From contig CAYRWR010000014.1 in the NCBI GenBank assembly GCA_964428015.1, forward strand, positions 8,306-72,305: a stretch of DNA of 64,000 nt, in the 5' to 3' direction. Both the position numbers and the translations under genes were made by a program. The notes beneath the pieces are model-generated. The model ran no database searches. It was given only the letters and a program-made list of their open reading frames with translations, and was not told the DNA's origin. This document shows, piece after piece, positions 9,855-19,940 of the stretch. Origin of the DNA: an uncultured Brevinematales bacterium (GTDB lineage: Bacteria > Spirochaetota > Brevinematia > Brevinematales > CAYRWR01). Each line of letters starts with the position of its first letter. Positions within the stretch are counted from its first letter, which is position 1.

Positions 9855-9886
9855 TCCCCCCGGAAAATTCCGGGGGGTCTTTTTTG
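9855..9886 (+). terminator. Rho-independent terminator
   Basis: CCCCCCGG-AAAATT-CCGGGGGG stem-loop followed by TCTTTTTT, 18 nt after the stop of the 9589-9837 gene. Confidence 0.8.
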
Positions 9887-9918
9887 TATAGATGAATTTT
9901 TTTTAAAGAAGGATAATC

Positions 9919-11001
9919 ATGCGGGTCTTAATCAGCGGCGGCGGTACAGGGGGACATTTAACACCGGGAATCGCACTCTATGAAGAATGTAAGCAAAGAG
10001 GCATGGAATGCCGTTATGTCCTGCGTGATGTCGATATGCGTTACACTATGTGTGAACGAATCGATGTAAACGACCGTATACTGGTCCATATTCAGGGTAT
10101 GTCCCGAAAAATCTCTCTTAGAACTATAATTCATATCTTTAAACTGATATCTGCTTTTTTCCAGATCTTTCGTTCCATCCGGCACTTCAGACCAGACTTC
10201 ATTCTCATCACAGGCGGTTACGTTTCAAATCCTGTGGCTTTTGCCTCCCTATTACTGCGATGTCCGCTGTATATGACAGAACAAAACAGTGTAGCAGGTA
10301 CCACTAACCGGTTTTATTCCCGATATTCCAAAAGAGTATTTACTACCTTTCCAGATGCACTTAAACTCCGCACAACAGCAATCACTCATACCGGAAATCC
10401 CACCATTTTTTCACCTCAGGCTGCCATAGGGGAAAGCAGAAAGTTTTTTGGTGTAGAAAAATTTTCTAAAGTCGTAGGGATAAGCGGCGGAAGCCAGGGG
10501 GCTCAGGTCATCAATAATTGCATCATGTCTTTACTCGATAAATTTAAAAAAGAGAAAATTGCTGTAATATGGAGTCTGGGGGCGGTAGAGTACCAGCGAC
10601 TGGTGGATTCAGGAAGTGTTGCTCAAATAGAGAAAGATTATCCCAACGTCAAAGCCTACCGTTTTATTGAGAAGATGGAGCATTTCTTTACAGCATCGGA
10701 TTTAGTCATAAGCCGAGCCGGAGCCAGTACCATCAGCGAATTGATTCTGTTTAAAAAACCTTCTCTATTGATTCCCATTTTGAATTCACCGGATGATCAT
10801 CAAAAGTTGAACGCATTGTATCTGGTAAAAAATAAGGCATCCTTGATGTTAGAAGAACCTCAATTAAACCAGGAAACTATGTGGTTGAATGTCCTGTCCA
10901 TTCTGGACACTGCACAAAATTTTTCTACTGCCCTGGAGTCGCTTCAGATGCCGCGGCCTGCTCAAAAAATCATCGAGACCATTTTATCCGAATTGTCCTG
11001 A
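9919..11001 (+). CDS. murG: UDP-GlcNAc:lipid I N-acetylglucosaminyltransferase MurG
   Basis: N-terminal ISGGGTGGHLTPGIAL motif, 360 aa, GT28 architecture. Confidence 0.85.
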   Translation: MRVLISGGGTGGHLTPGIALYEECKQRGMECRYVLRDVDMRYTMCERIDVNDRILVHIQGMSRKISLRTIIHIFKLISAFFQIFRSIRHFRPDFILITGGYVSNPVAFASLLLRCPLYMTEQNSVAGTTNRFYSRYSKRVFTTFPDALKLRTTAITHTGNPTIFSPQAAIGESRKFFGVEKFSKVVGISGGSQGAQVINNCIMSLLDKFKKEKIAVIWSLGAVEYQRLVDSGSVAQIEKDYPNVKAYRFIEKMEHFFTASDLVISRAGASTISELILFKKPSLLIPILNSPDDHQKLNALYLVKNKASLMLEEPQLNQETMWLNVLSILDTAQNFSTALESLQMPRPAQKIIETILSELS

Positions 11002-11008
11002 AATTTTT

Positions 11009-13891
11009 CTACTCTCCAATTTCAGCTAACAGCTTTTTACCGGCAGTAGTCCATTCATTACTAGGGTATTTTGTAATCAGATTGTTCAGATATTTTTTAG
11101 CAGTAACCGCATTTCCGTTTTTGTTATAGCAATATGCCAGACCATAGAGACTCTGAGGATATAAAGGACTGTAACGGTAAACGTAAAAGATATTTCCATA
11201 GAAATTGATTGCTTCGGTGTACTGCTGCTGTTCCTGGGCATTTTTAGCCAGCTCATATATCGATAAAGCTGCCTCATCCCCCGTGGTGGTATTGACGATT
11301 TCCTGAAAGAGAGCCATGGCTTTATCGGTTTCTTCATTTTTTTGATAAAATTGTGCCAGACGGAACTGAGCAATTGCCTTAACTTCAGGACTTGAAGCCT
11401 GTTTGATCAGTTTCTGATAAAATTTTTCCGCGTCACCCCCGCTCTCCACTTTAAGATTAATTTCTGAGAGCTTAAACTGGGCTTTTTCAGCATCTACGGT
11501 GCCTTTATAGTTATCGACCAGTTTCTGGTAGGTCTGCTTGGATTTATCCAGATTGTTGAGTTCATAGTAGAGATTACCCAGCCGGAACAGGGCATCACTG
11601 GCATAGTCACTTTGAGGATATAACTGTACGTATTTCTCAAAAGACTCAGCTGCCTGTATCTTTTGATTCATATTGAAATAACTCCAGCCCAGCCAATATT
11701 GAGCTGCACTGGTCAACTCATTAGTTTGAAAACCTTTGATCAACTGATTGTAAAAATCTACGCTCTTATCATATTCTGCGCGATTGTAATAATACTCTGC
11801 CTGTTTAAACAATGCTTCAGCTGTATAAAAACTGCTGGGGTATTCTGCTGAAAGCTGTTTGAAAGTCTGGTTTGCTTTTTCAGGCTCACCAATGTAGTGA
11901 TAACACCAGGCTTTGTCTGAGTAAGCAGCCGGTACTTTATCGGTAATACCCCGTTTTTTTGCTTCCACAATGTAGGCATCATAGGACCGAATAGCTTCCT
12001 CATAACTTTTCAGATTATAATAACTCTTGGCAATATAGAGGAGTGCTTCCAAAACCGAAGCGTCATCCGCGTTTTGATCCACTGTGCGCTGAAAATTTTT
12101 AATTGCAACTGAGTAATTAGCCAGTCTAAAATTACTCCAGCCTAAAATATTGTAAATCTCCGCTTTGGATGCTTTAGGCAGTGCCTGATCTTCGTAGGCA
12201 GCCAGGTACTTCACAACTCTGTCAAATCTTTCCTGTTTATAAAAAATCCAGGCTGTTTTGATAATAGCATCTGCAAAATATTCTGAAGAGGAATAGTTCT
12301 TGGATATTTTGGAGAAATAGTCCATAGCTGAATCGTAATCTTTAAGATTGTATTTAATTATACCTATGGAATAATAAGCCAGGGGTACCATGTCTGAATC
12401 GGGATAGGTATCAATAAGCTGTTTATAGGTTTCTGCTGCTCTTTGATATTGTTCCTGTTTGACATATACCCAGGCTATGGCATTCAGGGCATCGTCAGCC
12501 AGAGTGGCTTTGACATCTTCTTTTATCACATTCTGGAAGGTCTGTATAGCCATGTCATAATCACCCATGTCCACATAGGCATTCCCGATAAACATCTGGA
12601 CTTCCAGACTTTTATCAGATTTTGGGTTCATCTTCCTATAGAGTTCAAAAGCATTGATTCCTTCTTTAAAGGCTTTGGTCTGGATCAAACTTCTGGCTTT
12701 CCAGTAGAGAGCTTCAAATTCAAATTCCGTCTGAGGATACTGCTTCAGAACTTTATTAAACTGTTTAATGGCATCTTCATATCTCTTCTGCATGTAGGCC
12801 AGCTCTCCCAGTTTAGTAAGAGACATGGCCATGTCTTCCCGGCTGCCCAGATTACCGATGCGGGAATAGGCTTTCTCGGCATTTACATAGTCTCCACTGA
12901 GCATATAGCTGGAAGCAATTTCCAGCAGCGCTTTACTCACATAAGGCGAGTTTTTATATTCCCGAATCAGGATATTAAAGGTTTTAATGGAAGTGTCATA
13001 GTCTTTTTTTATCTTGGAAATCAAGCCCAGCTTAAAAAGTGCTTCCGCTCTGAACTCATTTTCATCTTCGATAGCGCTGAGTTTTTTCAGACTATCTACC
13101 GCGCTGACATAATCATCATTCTGGATATAAATCATCGAAATGTAATACAATGAATCTACTCTATATGCAAAATCTTTTATTTCCGCTACACCTTTAAGAT
13201 AGTCCGCGGCTGACTTCAAATCACCTGTGAGGTAATAACATTTTCCCAGGAAGAAATCAGCTTCGTTACGGTATGTACTCTTGGGATATTTTTTTATGAA
13301 TTCGTTCAGTGAGGTTATTGCATATTTATAATCCTTGTCATAAAGATAAGCCTGGCCCAATCGGAGTTCTGCTTCCTGGGCAATAGAAGATGTGGGATAC
13401 TTTTCCACAATGAGTTTGAACTCATCCACAGATGACCCGTATTTTCCGCTTAATAACTGCGAATAAGCTATGATATAATGGGCGTTCTGCTGCAGCCTTT
13501 CGTTGGGGGTTCCCTTAAGAAAAGTGCGCAGTTCCTGTACAGCTTTATCATATTCTTTCTTCTGAAAATAGGCATTTCCTATCATAAAATTGGCGCGTTC
13601 ATTATACAGGCTGTCGGGATAATTATTGATTAATCTTTTAAATGACTGAATGGCTGTACCGTATTTTTTATCCTGATAGTATGCCAATCCTATATAATAT
13701 GAGGCATCATCAGATAATTCACCATCGGGGTCCCGGTCTATAGTCTTTTGGAAAAAATTAATAGAAAGTGAAAAAGCGCCGTCATTATATGCTGATTTTC
13801 CGGAATTGTAGAACCTCTGGGCACTGAGATCCAAGGACCAAAGTCCGCTTCCTAAGCATAAAATTATCATAATTAAAAAGAAACGCTTCAT
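11009..13891 (-). CDS. Large secreted TPR-repeat protein (about 960 aa)
   Basis: Tandem TPR/YbgF-like repeats throughout. I chose the start at MKRFFLIMIILCLG (signal peptide, ATG at 13889-13891). The track start at 14032 would overlap ligA. Confidence 0.75.
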   Translation of the reverse strand: MKRFFLIMIILCLGSGLWSLDLSAQRFYNSGKSAYNDGAFSLSINFFQKTIDRDPDGELSDDASYYIGLAYYQDKKYGTAIQSFKRLINNYPDSLYNERANFMIGNAYFQKKEYDKAVQELRTFLKGTPNERLQQNAHYIIAYSQLLSGKYGSSVDEFKLIVEKYPTSSIAQEAELRLGQAYLYDKDYKYAITSLNEFIKKYPKSTYRNEADFFLGKCYYLTGDLKSAADYLKGVAEIKDFAYRVDSLYYISMIYIQNDDYVSAVDSLKKLSAIEDENEFRAEALFKLGLISKIKKDYDTSIKTFNILIREYKNSPYVSKALLEIASSYMLSGDYVNAEKAYSRIGNLGSREDMAMSLTKLGELAYMQKRYEDAIKQFNKVLKQYPQTEFEFEALYWKARSLIQTKAFKEGINAFELYRKMNPKSDKSLEVQMFIGNAYVDMGDYDMAIQTFQNVIKEDVKATLADDALNAIAWVYVKQEQYQRAAETYKQLIDTYPDSDMVPLAYYSIGIIKYNLKDYDSAMDYFSKISKNYSSSEYFADAIIKTAWIFYKQERFDRVVKYLAAYEDQALPKASKAEIYNILGWSNFRLANYSVAIKNFQRTVDQNADDASVLEALLYIAKSYYNLKSYEEAIRSYDAYIVEAKKRGITDKVPAAYSDKAWCYHYIGEPEKANQTFKQLSAEYPSSFYTAEALFKQAEYYYNRAEYDKSVDFYNQLIKGFQTNELTSAAQYWLGWSYFNMNQKIQAAESFEKYVQLYPQSDYASDALFRLGNLYYELNNLDKSKQTYQKLVDNYKGTVDAEKAQFKLSEINLKVESGGDAEKFYQKLIKQASSPEVKAIAQFRLAQFYQKNEETDKAMALFQEIVNTTTGDEAALSIYELAKNAQEQQQYTEAINFYGNIFYVYRYSPLYPQSLYGLAYCYNKNGNAVTAKKYLNNLITKYPSNEWTTAGKKLLAEIGE

Positions 13892-13994
13892 TGTCTGCTC
13901 CGGCTTTATTAATAGTATATTATAGAAAAGAACCTTTAAAATGGCAAGGAGGTTAATTATTGGAAAATTGACTTCCTGGAACGCTGGATTATAA

Positions 13995-16058
<2,064 letters not shown>

Positions 16059-16075
16059 GAGCGTGTTTGTGTTCA

Positions 16076-16107
16076 GGACCTCTCACGGAGACACGGAAGC
16101 ACGGAGG
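16076..16107. repeat. Left inverted repeat (three tandem CACGGAGN octamers)
   Basis: GGACCTCTCACGGAGACACGGAAGCACGGAGG. 27 of 32 positions match the reverse complement of 17424-17455 in my hand alignment. Confidence 0.8.
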
Positions 16108-16156
16108 GGTTGGTGAAGGTCGTTGGCGCTGGTTGGTGACATAGCAGTAGTTATAG
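16108..16156 (+). other. Left cassette boundary: two GGTTGGTGA direct repeats followed by the core-like GTTATAG
   Basis: GGTTGGTGA occurs at 16108-16116 and 16131-16139. GTTATAG at 16150-16156 is the exact reverse complement of CTATAAC at 16684-16690. Confidence 0.45.
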
Positions 16157-16180
16157 GAAATTTGGAATTAGGAGTTGAAA

Positions 16181-16675
16181 ATGGATTGTATTGCTGTTAT
16201 TAGTGACTTAATTCTTCCGTTAGGTGCAATAACTCTTTCTATTATTGCAATGGTTAAATCTACAAAAACAAATGACATCTCACAAAAGGCTGATTTTCTA
16301 TCAGGAATACTTTCACAATATCGCACTAATGAAATGGCTGACTCAATTATTTTCCTATGGGATAAATTCGAAGATTCAAATAAAAATACTGAAAATTTGG
16401 TACAAAAATATATTGAATTATATAAACAGGATAAAAGAAATGCGTTTCATTTACACAGAAGAGTGGTATCTCAATTTTTTCATTTAGTATCTGTATATTT
16501 TAAAAATAATATAATTGATGTAAGTATTTTAAAGCAAATTTGGACTAAGGATGATTTAGGTATCATTGTGAAAATATTAATCCCAATAGAAAAAGAATTA
16601 AGTCTTATGCTTGGACATGATGATTTAACTAAAAAAGTTGAATTAATGCAAAATTTTTATAATGGATTGGATTAG
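16181..16675 (+). CDS. Cassette 1 hypothetical protein with an N-terminal TM helix
   Basis: AGGAG lies 6 nt upstream of the ATG at 16181 (the track uses the TTG at 16175). The ORF is AT-rich and K/N/I-rich. I recognise no family. Confidence 0.6.
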   Translation: MDCIAVISDLILPLGAITLSIIAMVKSTKTNDISQKADFLSGILSQYRTNEMADSIIFLWDKFEDSNKNTENLVQKYIELYKQDKRNAFHLHRRVVSQFFHLVSVYFKNNIIDVSILKQIWTKDDLGIIVKILIPIEKELSLMLGHDDLTKKVELMQNFYNGLD

Positions 16676-16683
16676 TAAAATTC

Positions 16684-16737
16684 CTATAACTAGGACTCAG
16701 CCACCACTAACGCGGCGCTGAGTCGATTTCGTTAGAC
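16684..16737 (+). other. attC-like recombination site 1
   Basis: CTATAAC-TAG-GACTCAGC-(15 nt)-GCTGAGTC-GATTTC-GTTAGAC. It has inverse-core and core-like ends with an internal 8-bp inverted repeat. Confidence 0.6.
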
Positions 16738-16760
16738 GTAATTACAATTAAGAGGATATT

Positions 16761-17225
16761 TTGAGTTTACAACATGCAATAAAATTCGGTAAACAGCTTA
16801 ATTCTTTTAAATCGAAAAGTGAAGCAGAAAAGTATTTTCAAGAATATAACGAGCATTATCTACATAAAATTCATGAATTAGCCTTAAAATACCAAATCGA
16901 ATTGAATAATCAACCAGAAAGTATTAAAGTGTTGGAGAAATGGTATTTTGATTTAATAGATCAGGATTTCAAAAGATTCCCAATAAATATTCAAGAATTT
17001 GAAATATGTATGGCTATGTATTTTTTACATGTAGCTGTAACAAATAATCCTGAAGCAGAATATTTAGTATCGGAATATCCGTTTGTTAAAGGAAAATATG
17101 AATTTGGAGTTAAATTAGGATTACTCACTTATAATTTAGCTCGATGTACAGACCATTATAAAACACCTAGCAATAAGAGACAGCAAGCCCTGTATAAAGC
17201 ATATAAACAATATTTTAAGAAATAA
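16761..17225 (+). CDS. Cassette 2 hypothetical protein
   Basis: TTG start 4 nt after AGAGGA. 154 aa, AT-rich and predicted helical. I recognise no family. Confidence 0.55.
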   Translation: MSLQHAIKFGKQLNSFKSKSEAEKYFQEYNEHYLHKIHELALKYQIELNNQPESIKVLEKWYFDLIDQDFKRFPINIQEFEICMAMYFLHVAVTNNPEAEYLVSEYPFVKGKYEFGVKLGLLTYNLARCTDHYKTPSNKRQQALYKAYKQYFKK

Positions 17226-17243
17226 TAAACGGAGTAACACTTC

Positions 17244-17297
17244 GTCTAACTAGGACTCAGCCGCCACTAACGCGGCGCAGTGCCACGTTCGTTAATG
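17244..17297 (+). other. attC-like recombination site 2
   Basis: It starts with GTCTAAC (a perfect RYYYAAC) and ends with GTTAATG. 42 of 54 positions are identical to site 1. The L'-side arm is degenerate. Confidence 0.55.
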
Positions 17298-17374
17298 GAA
17301 ATTACACAATAGCAAAAATTGAAACAGAAAATGGAAAAATGCAATCCATTGTCTTTCCCAACGAAAACCACGGC

Positions 17375-17410
17375 AAATAACCTGGACCCATGCCGCCGGC
17401 TGAGTCCTTA
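17375..17410 (+). other. Degenerate third attC-like half-site
   Basis: AAATAAC-CT-GGACCCATGCC-GCCG-GCTGAGTCC resembles the left and right arms of site 1, but no GTT core follows. GCCGGCTGAGTCC is also a 12/13 inverted match to 17253-17265. Confidence 0.3.
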
Positions 17411-17423
17411 CCTACTCTAAAAT

Positions 17424-17455
17424 CCTCCGTGTCTCCGTGCCTCCGTGAGAGACCC
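17424..17455. repeat. Right inverted repeat (three tandem octamers, reverse orientation)
   Basis: CCTCCGTGTCTCCGTGCCTCCGTGAGAGACCC, the partner of 16076-16107. Confidence 0.8.
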
Positions 17456-17515
17456 AGCACATAGGCCCATCACGCTATGTGCTGTAAAATTATCCACCTT
17501 CATTTCAATAGTATA

Positions 17516-18730
17516 CTACTGCTTATAAGTCTCCAGGAAATCGGCCAGTCTCTCCATTACCTGCTTCAAATCTTCCATATTGGGCAAAAAGACCAGGCGG
17601 AAATGGTCAGGACTGGGCCAGTTAAAGCCTGTACCCTGTACCAGCTGGACATGTTTGGCCAGCAGGAAATCCAGGATAAATTTCTGGTCATCCACAATAT
17701 TAAAGCGTTTAATATCCACCTTGGGGAAGACATACAGGGCCCCCTTGGGTTTAACACAGCTCAATCCCGGGATTTGGTTGATTGCCTCCCAGGCATAGTT
17801 GCGTTGTTCATAGAGCCGTCCGCCTTCTTTAATGAGATCCTGTATACTCTGATACCCTCCCAAAGCGGTCTGGATACCGAATTGAGCGGGAACATTGGAG
17901 CACAGTCTCATATTAGAAAGAATATTCAAACCTTCGATATAATCCCGGGCATGACTCTGATCTCCCGAAACTACCATCCAGCCGGCTCTAAATCCAGCAG
18001 CCCGGTAATTTTTGGACAGTCCACCGAATGTAATAAATAGAATATCATCAGCCAGAGTAGCCAGAGGCGTATGCTCCAGGCCATCATAGAGGATCTTATC
18101 ATAAATCTCATCAGAAAACAGAATAAGACCGTTTTCCTGGGCTATTTTTACTATAGCCTGGAGTATACTTTTGTCATATACAGCCCCGGTGGGATTGTTG
18201 GGATTGATGATGACTATACCTTTGGTGTTCTGGGTGATTTTTGACCGGATATCGGCTACGTCCGGCTGCCAGTCATTCTGTTCATCACACACATAATGTA
18301 CAGCCTTTCCACCTGACAGATTTACAGCTGCTGTCCACAGGGGATAATCCGGCGATGGGATGAGTACTTCATCCCCCGAATTCAGCAGTCCCTGCATAGA
18401 CAATACAATAAGCTCAGAAACTCCATTACCGATAAATATATCGTTAACTGTGACATCACGGATGCCCAGCTGCTGATAATACTGCATCACCGCTTTACGC
18501 GCGCTGAAGATGCCTTTGGACTGAGAATAGCCCTGTGCCTGATTAAGATTAATGATCATATCATGGAGGATTTCATCCGGGGCGTTAAAGCCAAAGGGGG
18601 CAGGATTGCCGGTGTTGAGTTTAATAATCTGGTAACCCTCTTCTTCCAGCCGGTTGGCTTCTTCCATGATGGGGCCTCGGATTTCATAGCACACATCATC
18701 CAGTTTACGCGATTTTCGGATCTCTTTCAT
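17516..18730 (-). CDS. alaA: Class I PLP aminotransferase, AlaA-like glutamate-pyruvate aminotransferase
   Basis: The N-terminus KSRKLDDVCYEIRGPIMEEANRLEEEGYQIIKLNTGNPAPFGFNAPDEI closely parallels E. coli AlaA. A SKNYRAAGFR segment corresponds to the PLP-lysine region. Confidence 0.85.
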   Translation of the reverse strand: MKEIRKSRKLDDVCYEIRGPIMEEANRLEEEGYQIIKLNTGNPAPFGFNAPDEILHDMIINLNQAQGYSQSKGIFSARKAVMQYYQQLGIRDVTVNDIFIGNGVSELIVLSMQGLLNSGDEVLIPSPDYPLWTAAVNLSGGKAVHYVCDEQNDWQPDVADIRSKITQNTKGIVIINPNNPTGAVYDKSILQAIVKIAQENGLILFSDEIYDKILYDGLEHTPLATLADDILFITFGGLSKNYRAAGFRAGWMVVSGDQSHARDYIEGLNILSNMRLCSNVPAQFGIQTALGGYQSIQDLIKEGGRLYEQRNYAWEAINQIPGLSCVKPKGALYVFPKVDIKRFNIVDDQKFILDFLLAKHVQLVQGTGFNWPSPDHFRLVFLPNMEDLKQVMERLADFLETYKQ

Positions 18731-18763
18731 TTGTTTTTTTCCTGTTAGATTAAGAATAGTATA

Positions 18764-19165
18764 TTAGTTTTTTACAGCTGCCAGTATCAGGTCCACGGCA
18801 ATAGCCAGGACACTGAGAATAAAGATATTGGCATAATTCCACATCTCTTTAGAGCGGTCGATAGATTGTAAAAGATAAAGTACAGCCTTATTATCTTCTT
18901 CGCTTAGGTTTTGCCTGCTTTCTATCTTTTTTAGAAGATCATTCTCTCTAATTACCCCTTTTCTTTTCCGGGCTATCAGAAAGCGATAGAAAAAGAAAAG
19001 TACATAACCAATAACACCGAAATACCATACCGGCCTGACCCATTGAGGATACAGCCTGTAACAAATCATCAGTACACGGATTGACAAAGCGGACAGCAGC
19101 CCCAGAACAAAGAAGCCATTGACTATGATGGGTGGCAAAGTGGTAGGGTCAGAGTTCTTTTTCAC
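18764..19165 (-). CDS. Small integral membrane protein
   Basis: 133 aa with 3-4 predicted TM helices. Last gene of a four-gene minus-strand cluster. Confidence 0.55.
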   Translation of the reverse strand: MKKNSDPTTLPPIIVNGFFVLGLLSALSIRVLMICYRLYPQWVRPVWYFGVIGYVLFFFYRFLIARKRKGVIRENDLLKKIESRQNLSEEDNKAVLYLLQSIDRSKEMWNYANIFILSVLAIAVDLILAAVKN

Positions 19166-19551
19166 TTTTTGTCTACCTGATCATACCTGACCATATATAA
19201 ATTTTCACCGGTATCGATGAGTAAACGGATATGATTCTCATCTTCCAGTTCATAAGTTGCTGTGAGCTGAACCTGCCTGATATCGTAAAAATACCGGCCT
19301 TCCACTTTCCATTTACCGGTTGCCAGGCTGGAAGTAAACACCCCGTTCTGGTATCTACCGGTGGTAAAAGTCCCATCCTGCCTAAGCTCTACTACCATCC
19401 TATCCTGTACAGCAGCCTCAAAGCTCTGGTCTGAAATATACCAGAGACCCACCCATTGATCCCTGGGTTTTATATCAGCTTTGACAGTAGGCGCGCAGGA
19501 TGTAAAGGTACTGAAAAGAAGCAGGCTGAATAGGAAAAAACGGAATCGCAT
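19162..19551 (-). CDS. Small lipoprotein, paralog family member 3
   Basis: I chose the start at MRFRFFLFSLLLFSTFTSC (lipobox). It shares the W..S..SFE.A motif with the two upstream genes. Confidence 0.6.
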   Translation of the reverse strand: MRFRFFLFSLLLFSTFTSCAPTVKADIKPRDQWVGLWYISDQSFEAAVQDRMVVELRQDGTFTTGRYQNGVFTSSLATGKWKVEGRYFYDIRQVQLTATYELEDENHIRLLIDTGENLYMVRYDQVDKK

Positions 19552-19552
19552 T

Positions 19553-19930
19553 CTATTTTCCTTTGTATTGTGAAATAGGTACCAAATATAATATTTTCCC
19601 CTGACGGTCCCATTTCTGATTTTCACCCTCTAAAAATACATCTGCCAGAATTGTGTCCTCATCTTCTTTTGTAATCTTCAGTTTTCCCTTTTCGAAGACC
19701 CAGGTCCTTTGATCCACCTTTTCCTGTTGAGAATTGATTCCGGTTATTTCCATGATACCATTGGGAAGAACATTGACCTGATAATCTCCTTCTTCCCGGG
19801 CATGATCAAAACTGGTCTGGGATGCTACCCATTTTCCCAGTATCGGGATATTCTCTGACTTTACGGAACTTCCCTGACAGGAATATAATGTTACAAATGC
19901 CAGTATTATACTAAAATAAATTGTTTTCAT
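19553..19930 (-). CDS. Small lipoprotein, paralog family member 2
   Basis: MKTIYFSIILAFVTLYSC lipobox, plus ILGKWVASQTSFDHAREEGDY matching its neighbours. Confidence 0.6.
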   Translation of the reverse strand: MKTIYFSIILAFVTLYSCQGSSVKSENIPILGKWVASQTSFDHAREEGDYQVNVLPNGIMEITGINSQQEKVDQRTWVFEKGKLKITKEDEDTILADVFLEGENQKWDRQGKILYLVPISQYKGK

Positions 19931-19940
19931 CGACCCTCTC

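Larger units (their letters stand above)
16076..17455 (+). mobile_element. Integron-type gene-cassette array without integrase (CALIN-like), bracketed by 32-bp inverted repeats
   Basis: An AT-rich insert between convergent ligA and alaA. It holds two ORF + attC-like units with matching boundary heptamers, a degenerate third site, and terminal inverted repeats. Details are in the findings. Confidence 0.65.

Noticed and set aside
16076-17455. The alternative reading of the island as a MITE or composite transposon defined by its 32-bp terminal inverted repeats.
   Set aside because: There is no transposase or recombinase inside, and no direct target duplication flanks the arms (left TGTGTTCA, right AGCACATA). 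The internal units show the cassette-specific boundary co-variation instead. The repeats are kept as a separate observation.
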